From Marsupella aquatica (lineage: Eukaryota > Plantae > Marchantiophyta), in NCBI GenBank assembly GCA_973895155.1, contig OZ316898.1, positions 2,976,480-3,040,479 of the forward strand: 64,000 nt of DNA, in the 5' to 3' direction. Below the pieces are notes generated by a model, which worked only from the letters and a program-made list of their open reading frames with translations, did not search any database and was not told where the DNA came from. Shown here piece by piece: positions 1 to 12,481 of the stretch. The first letter of the stretch is position 1, and each line of letters starts with the position of its first letter. Both the position numbers and the translations under genes were made by a program.

Positions 1-173
1 AGATCGTACAATGGCATGGATTCGAGCACAACCAAGCATAAACTGACATATGAAAGGAGCAATCGTGCTGAAGAAACAGTGAAGACATCCACGCAGCTGA
101 GCTATTTGAACTGCGGAAACTTAGTGTGAGTAATAATCCACACACAGCTGAGCAAATGGAACTAAATGCTTAC

Positions 174-3100
174 TTTGCGTAAGGTGACAATGGTGTTGGA
201 GTTCGGGGCAATTCGTCTGCTGTCTTTTCGACCGTTTCTTCACTCACTTCTGTCTCAGATTCTTTCTGCCATGGCCATCGGAAAGGTTTTGGGGCCTTCT
301 TTTCGGTAAACACGTCCCCAGACGCTACCACCTGCACTTCCTTTACCTTTTCCTCTTCTGCGGCAATATTGGCTTTGGCTCCGGCCTCTTCCTTAGCCTT
401 TGCTTCAGTTTGAGTTTCAGCTTTGAGCTTCTCTTCCTCTTCCTTTGCCTTTGCTTCAGCTGCCGCCTTGACCTTTTCTTCCTCTTCCTTCAGCTTTAAC
501 CGTTCTTCCTCTCCCTTCTTCTCTGCAGCCTCTATCTTTGCACTTTCTTCTGCAGCTGCTTTGGCTTTAGCCGCATCCTTTGCTTTGTCCTCTGCCTCAA
601 CCTTCGCCTTTTTCTCTGCTTCGGCCTTCGCCTTCCTGTCTGCCTCAGCCTTTGCCGTCAGTTCGGCTTCAGCCTTAGCTGCCCGTTCTGCTTTACCAGC
701 GACCTCTGCTTCTTCAGCCTTCCGTTTCTCCTTAGCTTCAACCTTCTTAGCTTCTGCTTCTCTGATCGCCTTTATTTCTGCTTCCTTTTTGGCCTTTTCT
801 TCCGCAGCCTTGGCCTTCGCTTCTGCTACTTTCTTGGCCTGCGCTTCCGCTCTTATTGCGGCAATAATGTCCTTTCTCTCATTGTCGCTTAAGCTGCATA
901 TCCAAGTTCACTAGTTAGTGCATACTTTTCCAGGCTTGTGCCAGACTAATTACGGTCTTTACAACGAGGAAAACGGTGGAGTTGGCAAGTCTGAATCTGC
1001 CTGACGGAGAGAAATGAACTCACACTGCCACACAAAGAAGAGAGCAGCTATTCGACAGTTTCAGCTGCTAAAGGTAACAGTACAGAAATTTGTAAGACAA
1101 GAAAACTGCATCATCGTCGTTATCTCCTTATTGACGATTACGCTACGGGTGAGGTATGCGTTGGAGTGTGATAAGAACTGTTTTTAAATTGGATGGTGCA
1201 TTTGTTGAATATGAGTTTTCACTTTGAGGAATAAATGAGTTAAAGTTTGTTTTGATGACAATTGCTCAGCTAATGAGGGCAGTGTGATGAGAGAAGCGAA
1301 GGTCCGAAACATCAGGTAGAATTTAAGTCGTAAAGTTTCATCGTACGGGTAAAGTTTCAGATTGTATAGCGATTACAAATGCGAAAATCAGCCTCAACGA
1401 CAAAGATAAGCTGTTTCCTCACGCACACTCACGTCTTTCCTTCCCGAACGGCTACGAGAACGGCACCCTCGACAGCCTTCGCTTCTTTCGCAGCTTGGGC
1501 AGCTGCTTCGGCTCTGTAACGCAGTTCAGCCACTCTTTTTTCAAGTTCCTGTGTCTCTAACCGTGCCTCCTCTGCACTTTTCTTCGCTTCTTCTTCTCGT
1601 TCCTTAGCTGCAGTATATTCTCTTTGGAGTTTTTCCCGAATGGCTTGTGTCTTTGCTTGTTCTGCCGCGCGCTTCTCCTCAGCTGCTATACGCTCCTGCA
1701 GTATCATTTACTTATAATCAATTCAGGAAGGCGCAGGTACGATTTGCTACCAATCCACTTTACCAATCTTCAACAACTTCTTCCACTTATGAGTCCATTG
1801 CTAAAAAACAACACATTTGTAATCAAAGAGCCCTGGCTATAGTAACCTCTTCCTCCCGCTGTTTTGCTGCTTTCGCTTCATCTCTCTTTGCCAACTTCTC
1901 CTGTAATATGGCAACCACAACAGTCTCATAAGGCAAAGCCCGGAAAACAGGTTGCAAAAAATATTTGGCAAAAACGCCGCTCGAGCTCAAAGATAGCAAA
2001 ATACTGTGGAGCCACCTCCCTACCTCTTCCTCGGCTGCCTTCTTGGCAAACACTTTCTGTGTTGCAGCCTCTTTCTCGGCCTCAACGTCATCAATGGATG
2101 GAAGTTCAGCAAGGAGGTCTTCAATAGGGCGCAAGGGTGCTGTGGTTTCAGCAACAGCCTCCACAATTTTATTCTGTGATAGCTTCAGGTTGCTCACAAT
2201 TCCACCGATTAGCTCAGCCACCTGCATAGAACACGTGCGTTTCGATTCTATTAGGACTCGGTCACCTTCCGTTCGCTGCACTACATTTTCTCCCAAAGAA
2301 TTGGTGTCTAGTCAACTGGATCTGTAAGACCAATCCTGAAGCGAGTAAATATGAAGATCCCCCACCTGTAGGTTTGAAACTTGCCCTCCAAACCGAGAAT
2401 CAGCGATGTCGAGAAGAAGGTTATGAGTCTCCTTATAAGTATCGGTTGGCTTCTCCATTCCTCCTGGCCTTACAATCTGTAAGGATAGTCACAGCACGCT
2501 TGATCAGTAGGCTTTGATATACTCTTCTCATGTTCTCTTTACTAAGGTATATTTTCACCTGATTTGAGAATTTATGAGAATTAACGGAGAAGGGGAAACA
2601 TTGATCAGCCAACTAACGAAGGAGGTAGGCAACGAGATCTGCGAACTAACCGTGAAAGGAATGCCACTGCTTATGAGTGCATTCTCAGCTTTAGCTTTCC
2701 AAACCAGAACTCCCCAGAACAAACTGCCAAGGAGGACCCAGCAGCAAAGGTGAGTTTGAGGACGTGACGATTGAATCAAGCTGCTGCCACATACACCATA
2801 CTTCAGTTCTAACACAACCTTAGTACGGCCAGTTTAGTTGCTTACTTGAGTACAGCAGCTGGCCATCCGAACTTTTGAGTACCAAGAGAAGTCACCAACA
2901 CAAAGTGATTCACCTTTGCATCACTTGCTGCAGCAGCGCAAAGACAATCAAATTATGCGTGGTTACATAGTACAAAGTGAGTACAATCCTTTCATTCCAT
3001 TTCAATTGTTATTCAACAGTAAGCCTCCATTATTTCGAGTACTGTTGTTAAGTACTGCTTCTTTTTTTGAAATAGGAAACTATAGATAAAGCTGAGGAAC

Positions 3101-5733
3101 ATCACAGTCAGGCAGACAGAAGATGCATGACCGTCATTTTGCAGTGATACTGAGGCTCACAATCCAGTTTATAATTTGCAGCACTGATGAATAGGACTTA
3201 CCAGCATTGATAAGGTTTTCGGTAGCCTTGTAATCAATTCGGTAAGGTGCTGTAACATTCAGGGCCTCTTTCTCGCTCGCTCCAATTGCGCACACTACCA
3301 CACCAGCGTTTCCTATCGCGTCTTCTATTTCTTCCGAATTCTCTAGATCAACTTCCACCAGGTCCACTCCTGGCTCTTTCTTGGCAGACCCCAGAAATCC
3401 GAAGAGTTTCTCAGGCTGTACGAAGATGGTTCACATTGCACCGATGTCAAGAAGTTGCTTTGTTTCCAAATTTAGGTCCACAAATACTGTAGTTTCTTGA
3501 ACCGACTGAGGGGAAGAGATTGATAGACTATCCGAGCAAGAGCGAGTTCTGCGGTCCTCATTGCTAAATGGAGTCTTAAGATCGGACAAATTTTGAAAGC
3601 AAATGATCTCTTCTCGATTCTGAGCAACAAGTTTGTTGTCAAGCAAAACCAAAACCTCATTGTAGAGGTAGCATTCTCTTAATTCATAGAAGAAAGTAGA
3701 GAACGTCTCGAAGGAGTGCCTCAACAAGTTCTAATCTCTTGAAATACAGATTTTCCTTACATCCGATCCTTGCTGAGACATGAGTAACTGATCTCAGCTC
3801 TACAACTCAATTCCTGGTGGCGTGTTCAGCATTATCCTGGAAGTTTCTGGAATCAGAGATGAGCCAACAAATTCAGTGGAAATGATAGATGCTAACTTAC
3901 ACTGAAGTTCGCCCACAGATTGGGTTTCGTCTCCGGCTTCTCTTCGGGCTTGTCTGCTTCGTCTCCTCCTGCAGGCTTCCCTGCTGCAAACTGCCAAGCA
4001 GAAAACGCATTTTTGGCGCAACTCAGTTCGACTGTGAGCATTGGTGGGACCCCTATTTTTATTACTGTATATTCCGACCCCCACTCCAGATTTTGAGGGA
4101 GGAAGAGGGGGATGATGGTAGAAGGGTAGCAATTACAGGTCTGGCAGAGAAGGGAGCCGGAGGTTGGAACTAGTTCAAGGAGAAACACGAAACTCAGCGT
4201 ACAAACATACTTGAATCTGCAATCCCTGACGCCGGAGGTCGGGGGAAATTTATCTTTGGATTCAGGATTTATTACCTCCACAAGGAACTGTGCCCTCTCA
4301 ACATCTCGCACACCAGCGCGGACCGTGTATCCAAGCTGCACCAGCTCCCTGTTATGCAGCAGGGAGACACCCACGGAGAGCACAGAAATGAGATTTGTCG
4401 ATTACGCCACTCTTTCGGAAACGACGTTCAGGAAATGTGCTTCAATTCGAGCAAATCCAAGCTGAAAGGTTAACATCGTGAAGGAAGTACCTGACCGCTC
4501 GTCGACCAACTTTGCCAGTTGCTCCAGCGACGAAGACTACATTGCTATCTTTGCGGCGACTTCGTTGGCTTCCTGGAAGCTTTACAGTGCCAGGGAGCTT
4601 CTTAGTGCCGGAAAGCTTAGCAGTCCCGATCTTCTTAGTCCCGCGCCCTACAGGGGTCTCTTCGTCATCCTCGCTGGCTGGGTCTTCACCTTTCTTCAGC
4701 TTGAGCGAACCGGGTAACTTGAAGTCTGGTAAGAAGAGAACCGGAATGTACCAAACCCCCACATTTTCCCTTGAGCAATTACAACAAAATCCAACATGTA
4801 CCATAATTCTAACCAACACCATCGCCATCACAATGGACAACGGTTTCAAGATGAGTGATTGATGTCTGCAGTGGAGTAGACGGCCGGAATAATTAACGCC
4901 TACGACACACAGAAAGACAGATAGAGCACGAGAAGTGGGAGAAGACTGGTGCTTGCTAGGATTCATTCAGCGGGATAACGGCGTTTCCCAGGATTACTTC
5001 GGCTGGTTGCCACCAGGAGTTTCTCTGGAGTGTTTCAACCCTCCATTGGCGTGCAGAAGTTGTCTCCACTCCAAATGCAATCGTTTACCTAAGAACAGAG
5101 TCCCATGGACCTACAAATTTCATTTTGCAGCTCTTAATTGAAAAGTGTTCGCCAAAGATTCTGGAGGTGCACTGGACATCCTAACGTGCCCAATTCAATA
5201 GATCACTACTCTCGGTGGCAGATTGCCTTTGTCCATCCGTGATTAAATGCTTTGGGGGCACCTGTGACAAAAATGCTTTGGAGGCAATGGGTGTCAGTAA
5301 TTTATATGGCCAGAGAAGTTGGGAATTATCAGTCAGAAGTCAATCTGTTCGGAGAGACTGGGCATCAGCGATCAAATTGCCCGGAGATGATGCGGTTACA
5401 CGTAGAGAAGCGGAGAGGCGGAGACATAGGCGCACAAAGATAAGCTCTTCGTTTCATTTTCGGGTTCAACATCAACGCCCAGCGGGATAGGAAAACTGAC
5501 TCACCCAGACCAGATTTCTGAGCCTGCACTTCAACAGCAGAAGTCTTCCTTTGAGGGCGCAATGTCATCCTCTTCTCCACGCGGAATTGCCATTGTTGCT
5601 TCCCAAGAGACGATGGAATTCGACACACCCCACCGAATCTTTTCATCCCACCAGCAACTCTGCAGCCAAGCTGATAATGGGGAGCGACAGCAGCACCATG
5701 GCTGCGTCGCACCAACAGGACTTGGGACTCCAT
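174..5733 (-). CDS. TIC62: TIC62-like chloroplast NAD(P)-binding (atypical SDR) protein with long Ala/Glu/Lys helical insert; 3'-partial
   Basis: Exons (minus): 5733-5505, 4725-4491, 4348-4276, 3990-3901, 3415-3202, 2927-2846, 2723-2651, 2476-2366, 2221-2024, 1900-1847, 1695-1433, 893-174, all GT-AG and in phase. Motifs VFVAGATGKVGRRAVRELVQLGYTVRAGVR, CAIGASEKE, PYRIDYKAT, LFWGVLVWK, IVRPGGMEKPTDTYKETHN, GGQVSNLQVAEL, EAVAETTAPL match Tic62; the last visible exon ends PTPLSPYA, the start of the Tic62 FNR-binding motif; Arg/Ser-rich transit-peptide-like N-terminus. Confidence 0.92.
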
Positions 5734-8700
5734 CGACGAAAACTCCCCTCAGAAATTCTCGTCCAACAACCAAGCAGCCAGGCTCGTTTCTCGCTCAATT
5801 GCTCTGCTGGAGCTGCTATTTCATTCGGACCATACCACCTTCCAACTTCACTGACTCCAACGCGTTCACATCTGGCAGCCAGTGCAAGGCTCATGCACAA
5901 CACCATCCACGGCCTTCTCTCGGATGGAGCTGAACCCAACTAAGAAATTTTGAGCTGGGGCGAAATCTCCAGCGGCAACATCCATCCCCCGAAATCCACA
6001 GTCTGCGTATCACTTTCGGGTTGTGGGCCAGCAAACGAGAAATAGATATAGTGACGTGGCTGGCTTTCATGGCTCTGGGTGCAGGTCGGAAGCCCCGTAT
6101 TGGGTCTCAAAATGAGTACGGGTGAGGCTAGGATCGCGAACTGAGGACCACGCATCTGCAGCAATCAGGGAATTCAACGACCCAGTGAGTTTTAACTACT
6201 TTACAGACTACAGTACTGCCTGCGTTGATAGGAGTCTTTCCTAGGGTTATTTTCTCTTGGGAGCTTACTATTTACTCTGTATTGCCTACAAATTCTTTAT
6301 TTGAAGGGGAAAAGCCTTGGAGTAAGGTAACTGGCTTGCAGGTGTGAATAGCCTCTCGTTTGTTTTTACTTAATTTAATTTCTATAACAATGAAAAGTGT
6401 GACCCGTTCCCAGTTCTTCAGGCTTTTTGGCCTTTGGTTCTCCCCTTGATTGAGTCTTTTGCATGTGGGATCATGCCCCCTAGTTGGGAATCTCTTGTGT
6501 TTTGGCAGTTTGAACCTCTTCTGTTTTGGCAGTTTGAAGTATAATTTGTACGGTGCAATACATATTGAGTTTTATTGAAACACTACATATTTACAAACCA
6601 GAGCAAAACTTCCTAGAGGCGAGTTTCTCTGTACACAAACCACCCTCAAAAGTGGGTTCAGGCAAAATTCTAGAGACTGAAACAAAAGGAGTAATTGTGT
6701 GCAGGCAGGGACAGGGATCCGTCTCCATGAATGTTTCTAAAGCTGGGAGGTACAGCAGTCTAGTACGATAGGGCTGTCAGCAGTTGACTTGGGGGAAACT
6801 CCAGGGTCTATGTGCAAGCCCAATTTTCAAGTTCGTGCAAAAAGTATTGTAACCAGGTCAGCTCCTGGAGGTCACTTTGGTCACAAGGAGATTGGCTGAA
6901 TCTTCTTCCGCCCCTCCTTCACTTTACGCCCTCACCTTCTCTCGCACTACCTTAGCGCTGTAATTTCCTTGTATGCCTCGAACTTTCCTTGTGTGCCCCT
7001 AATGGATGTACTGTTCCTAACGACCCTACCTTGGGATACAGGACCAAGTTTGGGGATCACAGCACTATTGACTCGTCATTCAGTCAATAACTTGGTTCTC
7101 ATAAAAAAATGTGTAAAAACTGGTCAACTCTAGTACAAAATAAATATGTAAGCAAGCGAGGATTTGACACTAGATATCCGGAGGTGTAAAATAAGCTGCA
7201 ACGAAAAGCGAAATTATCCTGTACTTAATCCATTCTATTCGGTTACTAACCTTATATGAAAACAGAGATTGTGATAAAAGTTTTGAAAGATTAGAAATGA
7301 GGAGATCTGAGCAACGTGCAGGGAGAGGAGGATTCATTATTGCTCTGTGTTATGAACTATCCAGCATACCTTACCTCTCAGCCACCCCATGTGGCAAAAG
7401 CACAGCTGACACATTGAGATGGCCTGAAATGGGGCCCTGTAGGGCTGCTAAATGTGTATGTTCCTCACTGACCTGGTCTAAGAGCAGATATGTGGGAATC
7501 AATACAACCTGGATCCTACCAGGATGCTACTGGAACCAGATTGAATTGCCTGCGGTTCGACGCAGAGGTACTCCTCTAGTAAAAAGTCGTAGATTAGTAC
7601 ATGGGAATCAACTCAAGGCACACCTAGGATTGGAAGACACTCGAAAAGTGCACACACATCAGCCACACACGTCAACACAAGGAAACAATACCAGGATTAT
7701 CAGCTTATGGATAGGATGTATGTCTTACATGATTGCTCAACTCCCTACAATAAGGTATATACCTCCGCAACTCATCTTCGACTATCCCCTACTTTTGCTC
7801 AAGCTACCGGTTTCTGAACACTTCCTCTGATGGGATCCATCTGATTTGACCGATAGAAAAATGTACACAATACCTGAAGTGGACCACAACAACAACACAA
7901 AAATGATCATCCAGCAGTCACACATACATTGTATCAAAGCAGTCAAGAAGGTCATCGAACAGTATAGTCTGCAGGAAGCGAGAAAGAAAAGACAACATCA
8001 AGCAATTCAATCTCTTCATGTTAGAGTTCGCAAACTCAAACTACAGAATGATCATCGGCGACTACAACTACAATTTAAAGTCCAACAGCTGAACACCAGG
8101 TCAGCAAAAATCTAGCGCTGTTACAGATATTGACCAATCACATTGCAGAGAACGGCAGTAGCTCGTGACCAAGACAGAAATCAGTTTCATTTGTATATAC
8201 CAGAGAACTTCGATCACTCTTTTTCCTTCATCACAAGCTTTGTGATAGCAATTTTTTTATTAACGGTGAGTAGAAGAATGCCTTCCTTGAGGCAAAGAAT
8301 ACTCTAGGCAGCCTCTAATGATAAAACAGCAAAACTCAGCTCTTCTAAGTGACACACTGATGGACTTCCTACATTCACTCAATGGCTCAATGTATTTCGA
8401 TCCCGTTCCTTAACCAATGAGTGCAGGAGACTGGCAGCCGAAGCTCAACTGCTCCACATCGAAGATTACTGCATCCATAACAATCTGGTGCCTTGAGCAT
8501 CTTTGACTGCAACATAGGGTGTCAGGTTTTCCAAATTTAAATCTTACAATTATTAACACAACCATGGTATTTATAGCATTGTCTACGACAAATCCACACT
8601 AGCAATAGATGCATAGAAATTAATTCATTTTCATTTACTTTCACGAAAGCCTCGCAAACTCGAGCTCTCCGGGAATTTCTGAGAGCAACTCATCAGGCGT

Positions 8701-8924
8701 GGGATAAGATATCCATCCAACGAAAAACCTCTGGTAAACAATAACATCCTAGCTAAGTCTTATTGAACAACTAGAATTACCGGCAATCCACTATTGAGCC
8801 TTAATTGAGAACTAGGAGCGCATCAATTCACTTTCTACTTTACATGCCCCTCTATGATGTTGCCTACCCTCCCATCCCGATTGACCTGTCCCATCATAAG
8901 TAGATAAAGGAACCAAACCAGCAT

Positions 8925-8996
8925 CTATGAGATGGCTTGAGTAAGAATATGGGTAATAGATCCAGCCTCCTCTTGCTCTTTTTCAAACATAGTATC
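8925..8996 (-). CDS. AP1S: Duplicated alternative terminal coding exon of the AP-1 sigma gene
   Basis: Pyrimidine-rich acceptor (ttatcttcctcctctgcag), then 72 nt in phase 0 encoding DTMFEKEQEEAGSITHILTQAIS*, colinear with exon 9144-9073 ([23 protein letters not shown]). Confidence 0.75.
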   Translation of the reverse strand, partial: DTMFEKEQEEAGSITHILTQAIS

Positions 8997-9072
8997 CTGC
9001 AGAGGAGGAAGATAATGTGAAAAGCCAGGTTTCAATATCCTCTCACACAAAGTGTACTAACTAAGCACTACT

Positions 9073-11825
9073 CTACTTTGTGGCTTGTGCAATCATATTG
9101 GAGAGAGACCCAGCTTGCTCCTTGGCATTCTCAATCAAAGTGTCCTGCAGAAATTACCCAGTAATTGTAAAGCGTTATTGTCAAATCATCCATAAAACTA
9201 CCACCCAACCAAATCTGCTAAAATGGTAGTAGCGTGTGCCATAAAGATACAGTACTATGAACGGGACCTATTCTTTCAGCCTGAATAGCAACCGGGCATT
9301 TCAGTGTGAGCTTTGAGAATCCAGACGACTACAAACTAAAATTCTGTGCCACTTACTAAAATTTTGTTGCCACGGACCAGTTTCAGTTACAATCAACATC
9401 CACATCATTACACAGGTTCATAAAAAATGAAGGAGATTCGCAGGAATTAACACTATTTAAAATTACCTGTGCTGCAATTACGCGTGCAACTGACTTCTTA
9501 CTTGACTCTTGCAATTCTCCCGCAATTAACACCTCGTCGAGTATATAGTAAGCCTTCAATAACAACAACAGTTAGCCTTCGCTATGTGGTGACAATAGAT
9601 TCTATTGCAGGTCCACGAAGTTCAAAACAACAACCTCTACAACCAGAAAAGAATAGTATTTGAGGTGTCGGTGCTGTATCTCAAAGTCACCTCTCACCAA
9701 TTGGTTCCCAATAGCTCACGAATATTGTTAGGTGCTCCGACTACTTTGCTAGTTCCAACGTCGTTCACAACAAGAAAGCAAAGACACGGTCTTGTCCACC
9801 CAAACACTTCAAGAATCAAAGTCTATTTGGTATAAACAACGCAAAGATCAATCTTTTACGACGGAGTAAGTAGATCCTATCGAAAACCAGCTGCTTCAAC
9901 AGTCGCCAATCCCGAGAATCCGTAGCCAAATCGCTGCCCCAACATTAAATAGTTCAAAAAGGCTGAGAGTCGGTTCGAGGCAAACCTTGTGAAAGTTGAA
10001 GATGAGATCTAACTCACAAACCTGCCACAAAACCAAAGGATTGCCCGGATGCATGAGATCATATCAAAGCTCAGCTCTCGAGACATGTGAATGCTTGACA
10101 ACGGTCTTGGTATACAGAGAGCACAATAAAATCACCATTCAGAAATACACTCATAATATCCAAATGATCCACAGAGCAGTTACTTAGTTTCCATAAGGGT
10201 AATAAGAGCAGTTGTTAATTGTGTTAGCATATAATGGACCTGGATTTCAAACTTTGAGCAGAACCAGTGCATTTAACGCCACTGGCAACCTGGCTCCACC
10301 GACAGACTGTGGATACTAAAGGTGTGCAGTCATTAAGCCCCATTTGAGATGACCTTGATTACAGATATTAGTGTATAGACGGTACAGCTTCAGGTGATTC
10401 CCCTCTTCAATCGAAATTTGAGTCAAACCAACTGATAAGTCCTTGTTAAAGATTCCACTCTACCATTAAAAATGTTACTAACTTTCCAGCAAATTCAACA
10501 GACTGATCAACAACAAACAGATACTATTCATCGGGTAGAACCTGCACCATCTCAACAGCCTGAAGCGGCGACAAGAAGAAGAGATGCTTACATTGCCAAA
10601 ATATCGATCCAAAATCTCCACAAAATGATGAATGATCTCAAGTGTCTCCAATTCATTGTCTTCCGCATCAATACACATACAGAAGTACAGGCTTGCATAT
10701 CTGTGTACATGGTGGAACAATCAAATAGATTACAGAGGACCGAACCTCAGATCTCAACTCTCCATTTTCATCCAACCTTGATAGGAAGCCTGTTCAGCAT
10801 CTCTAAAGTATAATTCAATGGCGGTTGGGTCGCAAGCTGAACAAATTAATGTGTTAAATGAAAATTGAAACACTCTAGCACTTCACATGGGGGGACTCCA
10901 AAACTTCCGTGGCAGTTAGGGAACTTGTTTCCCTATGAGGTAAGTCCATTAGCAACTGTCACAGATAGTACGACTTAACAGCGAAACAAGAAATTAAGGA
11001 CTGATGAACTATCTGTGTGAACCAGTGAATGAAACCCACCGTTTATAAATGACTTTGAGACCCCGCCATTCCACGAAGTTACAAAGCTTGGAACCTCTGC
11101 TCAGGATAACTCCACTCAGCTCGCGGATGACCTAATGGCATTCATAGAGTAGAGGTGGTGAGAAAACCTCAATCTCTTCTCGGCCAGAAAGATCGCCTAA
11201 GACCAGCCGTTTGTCCACAACTTTCAAGGGGAACAACCAATCTTTAGAGCTGAGTAGCTTTTCTATTGGACCAGATATGTCCACCCTGGAGAACCCTTAG
11301 TCATGATAAACGAAAAGATGCTCAAGAACTTGGATACATAAAATATCTTTAACAAGACTGTTACACGAATCAACCATTGCACATTTCAGGAACAGCAACA
11401 TCCTCATGTGTGAAAAGGGCTACACAAGCGCCAGAAACAGTCACCACAAACAACGACACAATGCTTCTCATGCATTGTCGGTGCTCGACTCTTGATTACC
11501 TTTGTCCTCTCTTTCTGCGTATAAGGAGAGTACCACTTCGTCAACCTAACCTTTCCCTGCCGGCTTATCAGCAATACAAACTGAATCTGCCACACGTAAA
11601 ACACAAATAATAAGAGATCGTTCCCTCATCGGCAGTGAAAATGTTGATCAGTTCAATAACAATTGACTATAGTCATGTTCATTTCGTAGCAACTATCCGG
11701 GGGGAGACAATGTGCAATCACATTCAACTTTCGATTTCGGTGACGATTACCAATACCAATAGTACACCACACGGCTAAAAGAAACAACCTGAATACAAAG
11801 AGCAGGTCTCAGAATTACTCACCAT
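9073..11825 (-). CDS. AP1S: AP-1 clathrin adaptor complex sigma subunit
   Basis: Exons: 11825-11823 (ATG), 11586-11500, 11131-11040, 10700-10592, 10021-9986, 9553-9467, 9144-9073. Protein [20 protein letters not shown]...[10 protein letters not shown]...[55 protein letters not shown]...[23 protein letters not shown]. Confidence 0.96.
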
Positions 11826-11977
11826 CGTGATTGTGAGCGTCCCAAGCAGACCTTCGTGTTCAACTCGTGCACTTCAGTTCCTGTTGTCCCCTTGGTGATC
11901 CAACGTCACTCCTCAACCGGACCTCCTCCTCCCTCCCAGTGCACAATAAAGAAAATCTCCAATTGAACAAAACTCGA

Positions 11978-12203
11978 GCGGATCGATCGAATGATGGCTC
12001 CAATAGATTGCACTCAGCGGATTGATCGAAAAAAAAACTCAAACAGAGCGCACTCAGGCGGATTGATCGAAAAAAAAACTCAAACAGAGCGCAGTCAAGC
12101 GGATTGATCGAACCAAAACACCGACAGAGTAACTCTTCAGCGGATTGATCGAATCCGTCGCCTCTCTACATTACAATCCACCTGGTCAAGCGGATTCTGA
12201 ACG
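11978..12203. repeat. ~41-bp periodic array with conserved core GCGGATTGATCGAA, upstream of the AP1S start codon
   Basis: Cores at ~11978, 12017, 12058, 12099, 12140, 12190 (first and last degenerate). Confidence 0.85.
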
Positions 12204-12481
12204 ATGATGTTCGTCGTTTCGTCCTCGGTCTCAGCCCGACACCGAGTCGTGGAGCTTCGTCTGGGAGATCGATTTCGATCTACCATCGAAAGCATAATAA
12301 TTTCGGCAAAAGGGCTCTTGATGGTCGGGCGTCCGCAAGGCGTCTTCGAGGGAGAACGAGACACTTTGAGCGAGGACGAACGTAGGTGCGCCCATGGAAC
12401 CCGGTTGCTCGGAGGCCAGGGTCGAGGGCAAGAGGGCCAAAGGGGGCGCGGCAAGGTATTTTTTAGAGCCCCTCTAGTTTC

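Noticed and set aside
423-914. 163-aa Ser/Ala/Phe-rich plus-strand ORF
   Set aside because: Antisense shadow of the Ala/Glu/Lys-coding TIC62 exon.
7297-8115. 177-aa and 89-aa plus-strand ORFs
   Set aside because: No recognisable motifs or splice structure; probably chance ORFs downstream of AP1S.
8410-8484. Possible third AP1S terminal exon (IVMDAVIFDVEQLSFGCQSPALIG*)
   Set aside because: Similar length but no sequence similarity to the other two exons and a weak acceptor.
11978-12203. CRISPR array
   Set aside because: Eukaryotic context, 14-bp core too short, spacers related to each other, no cas genes.
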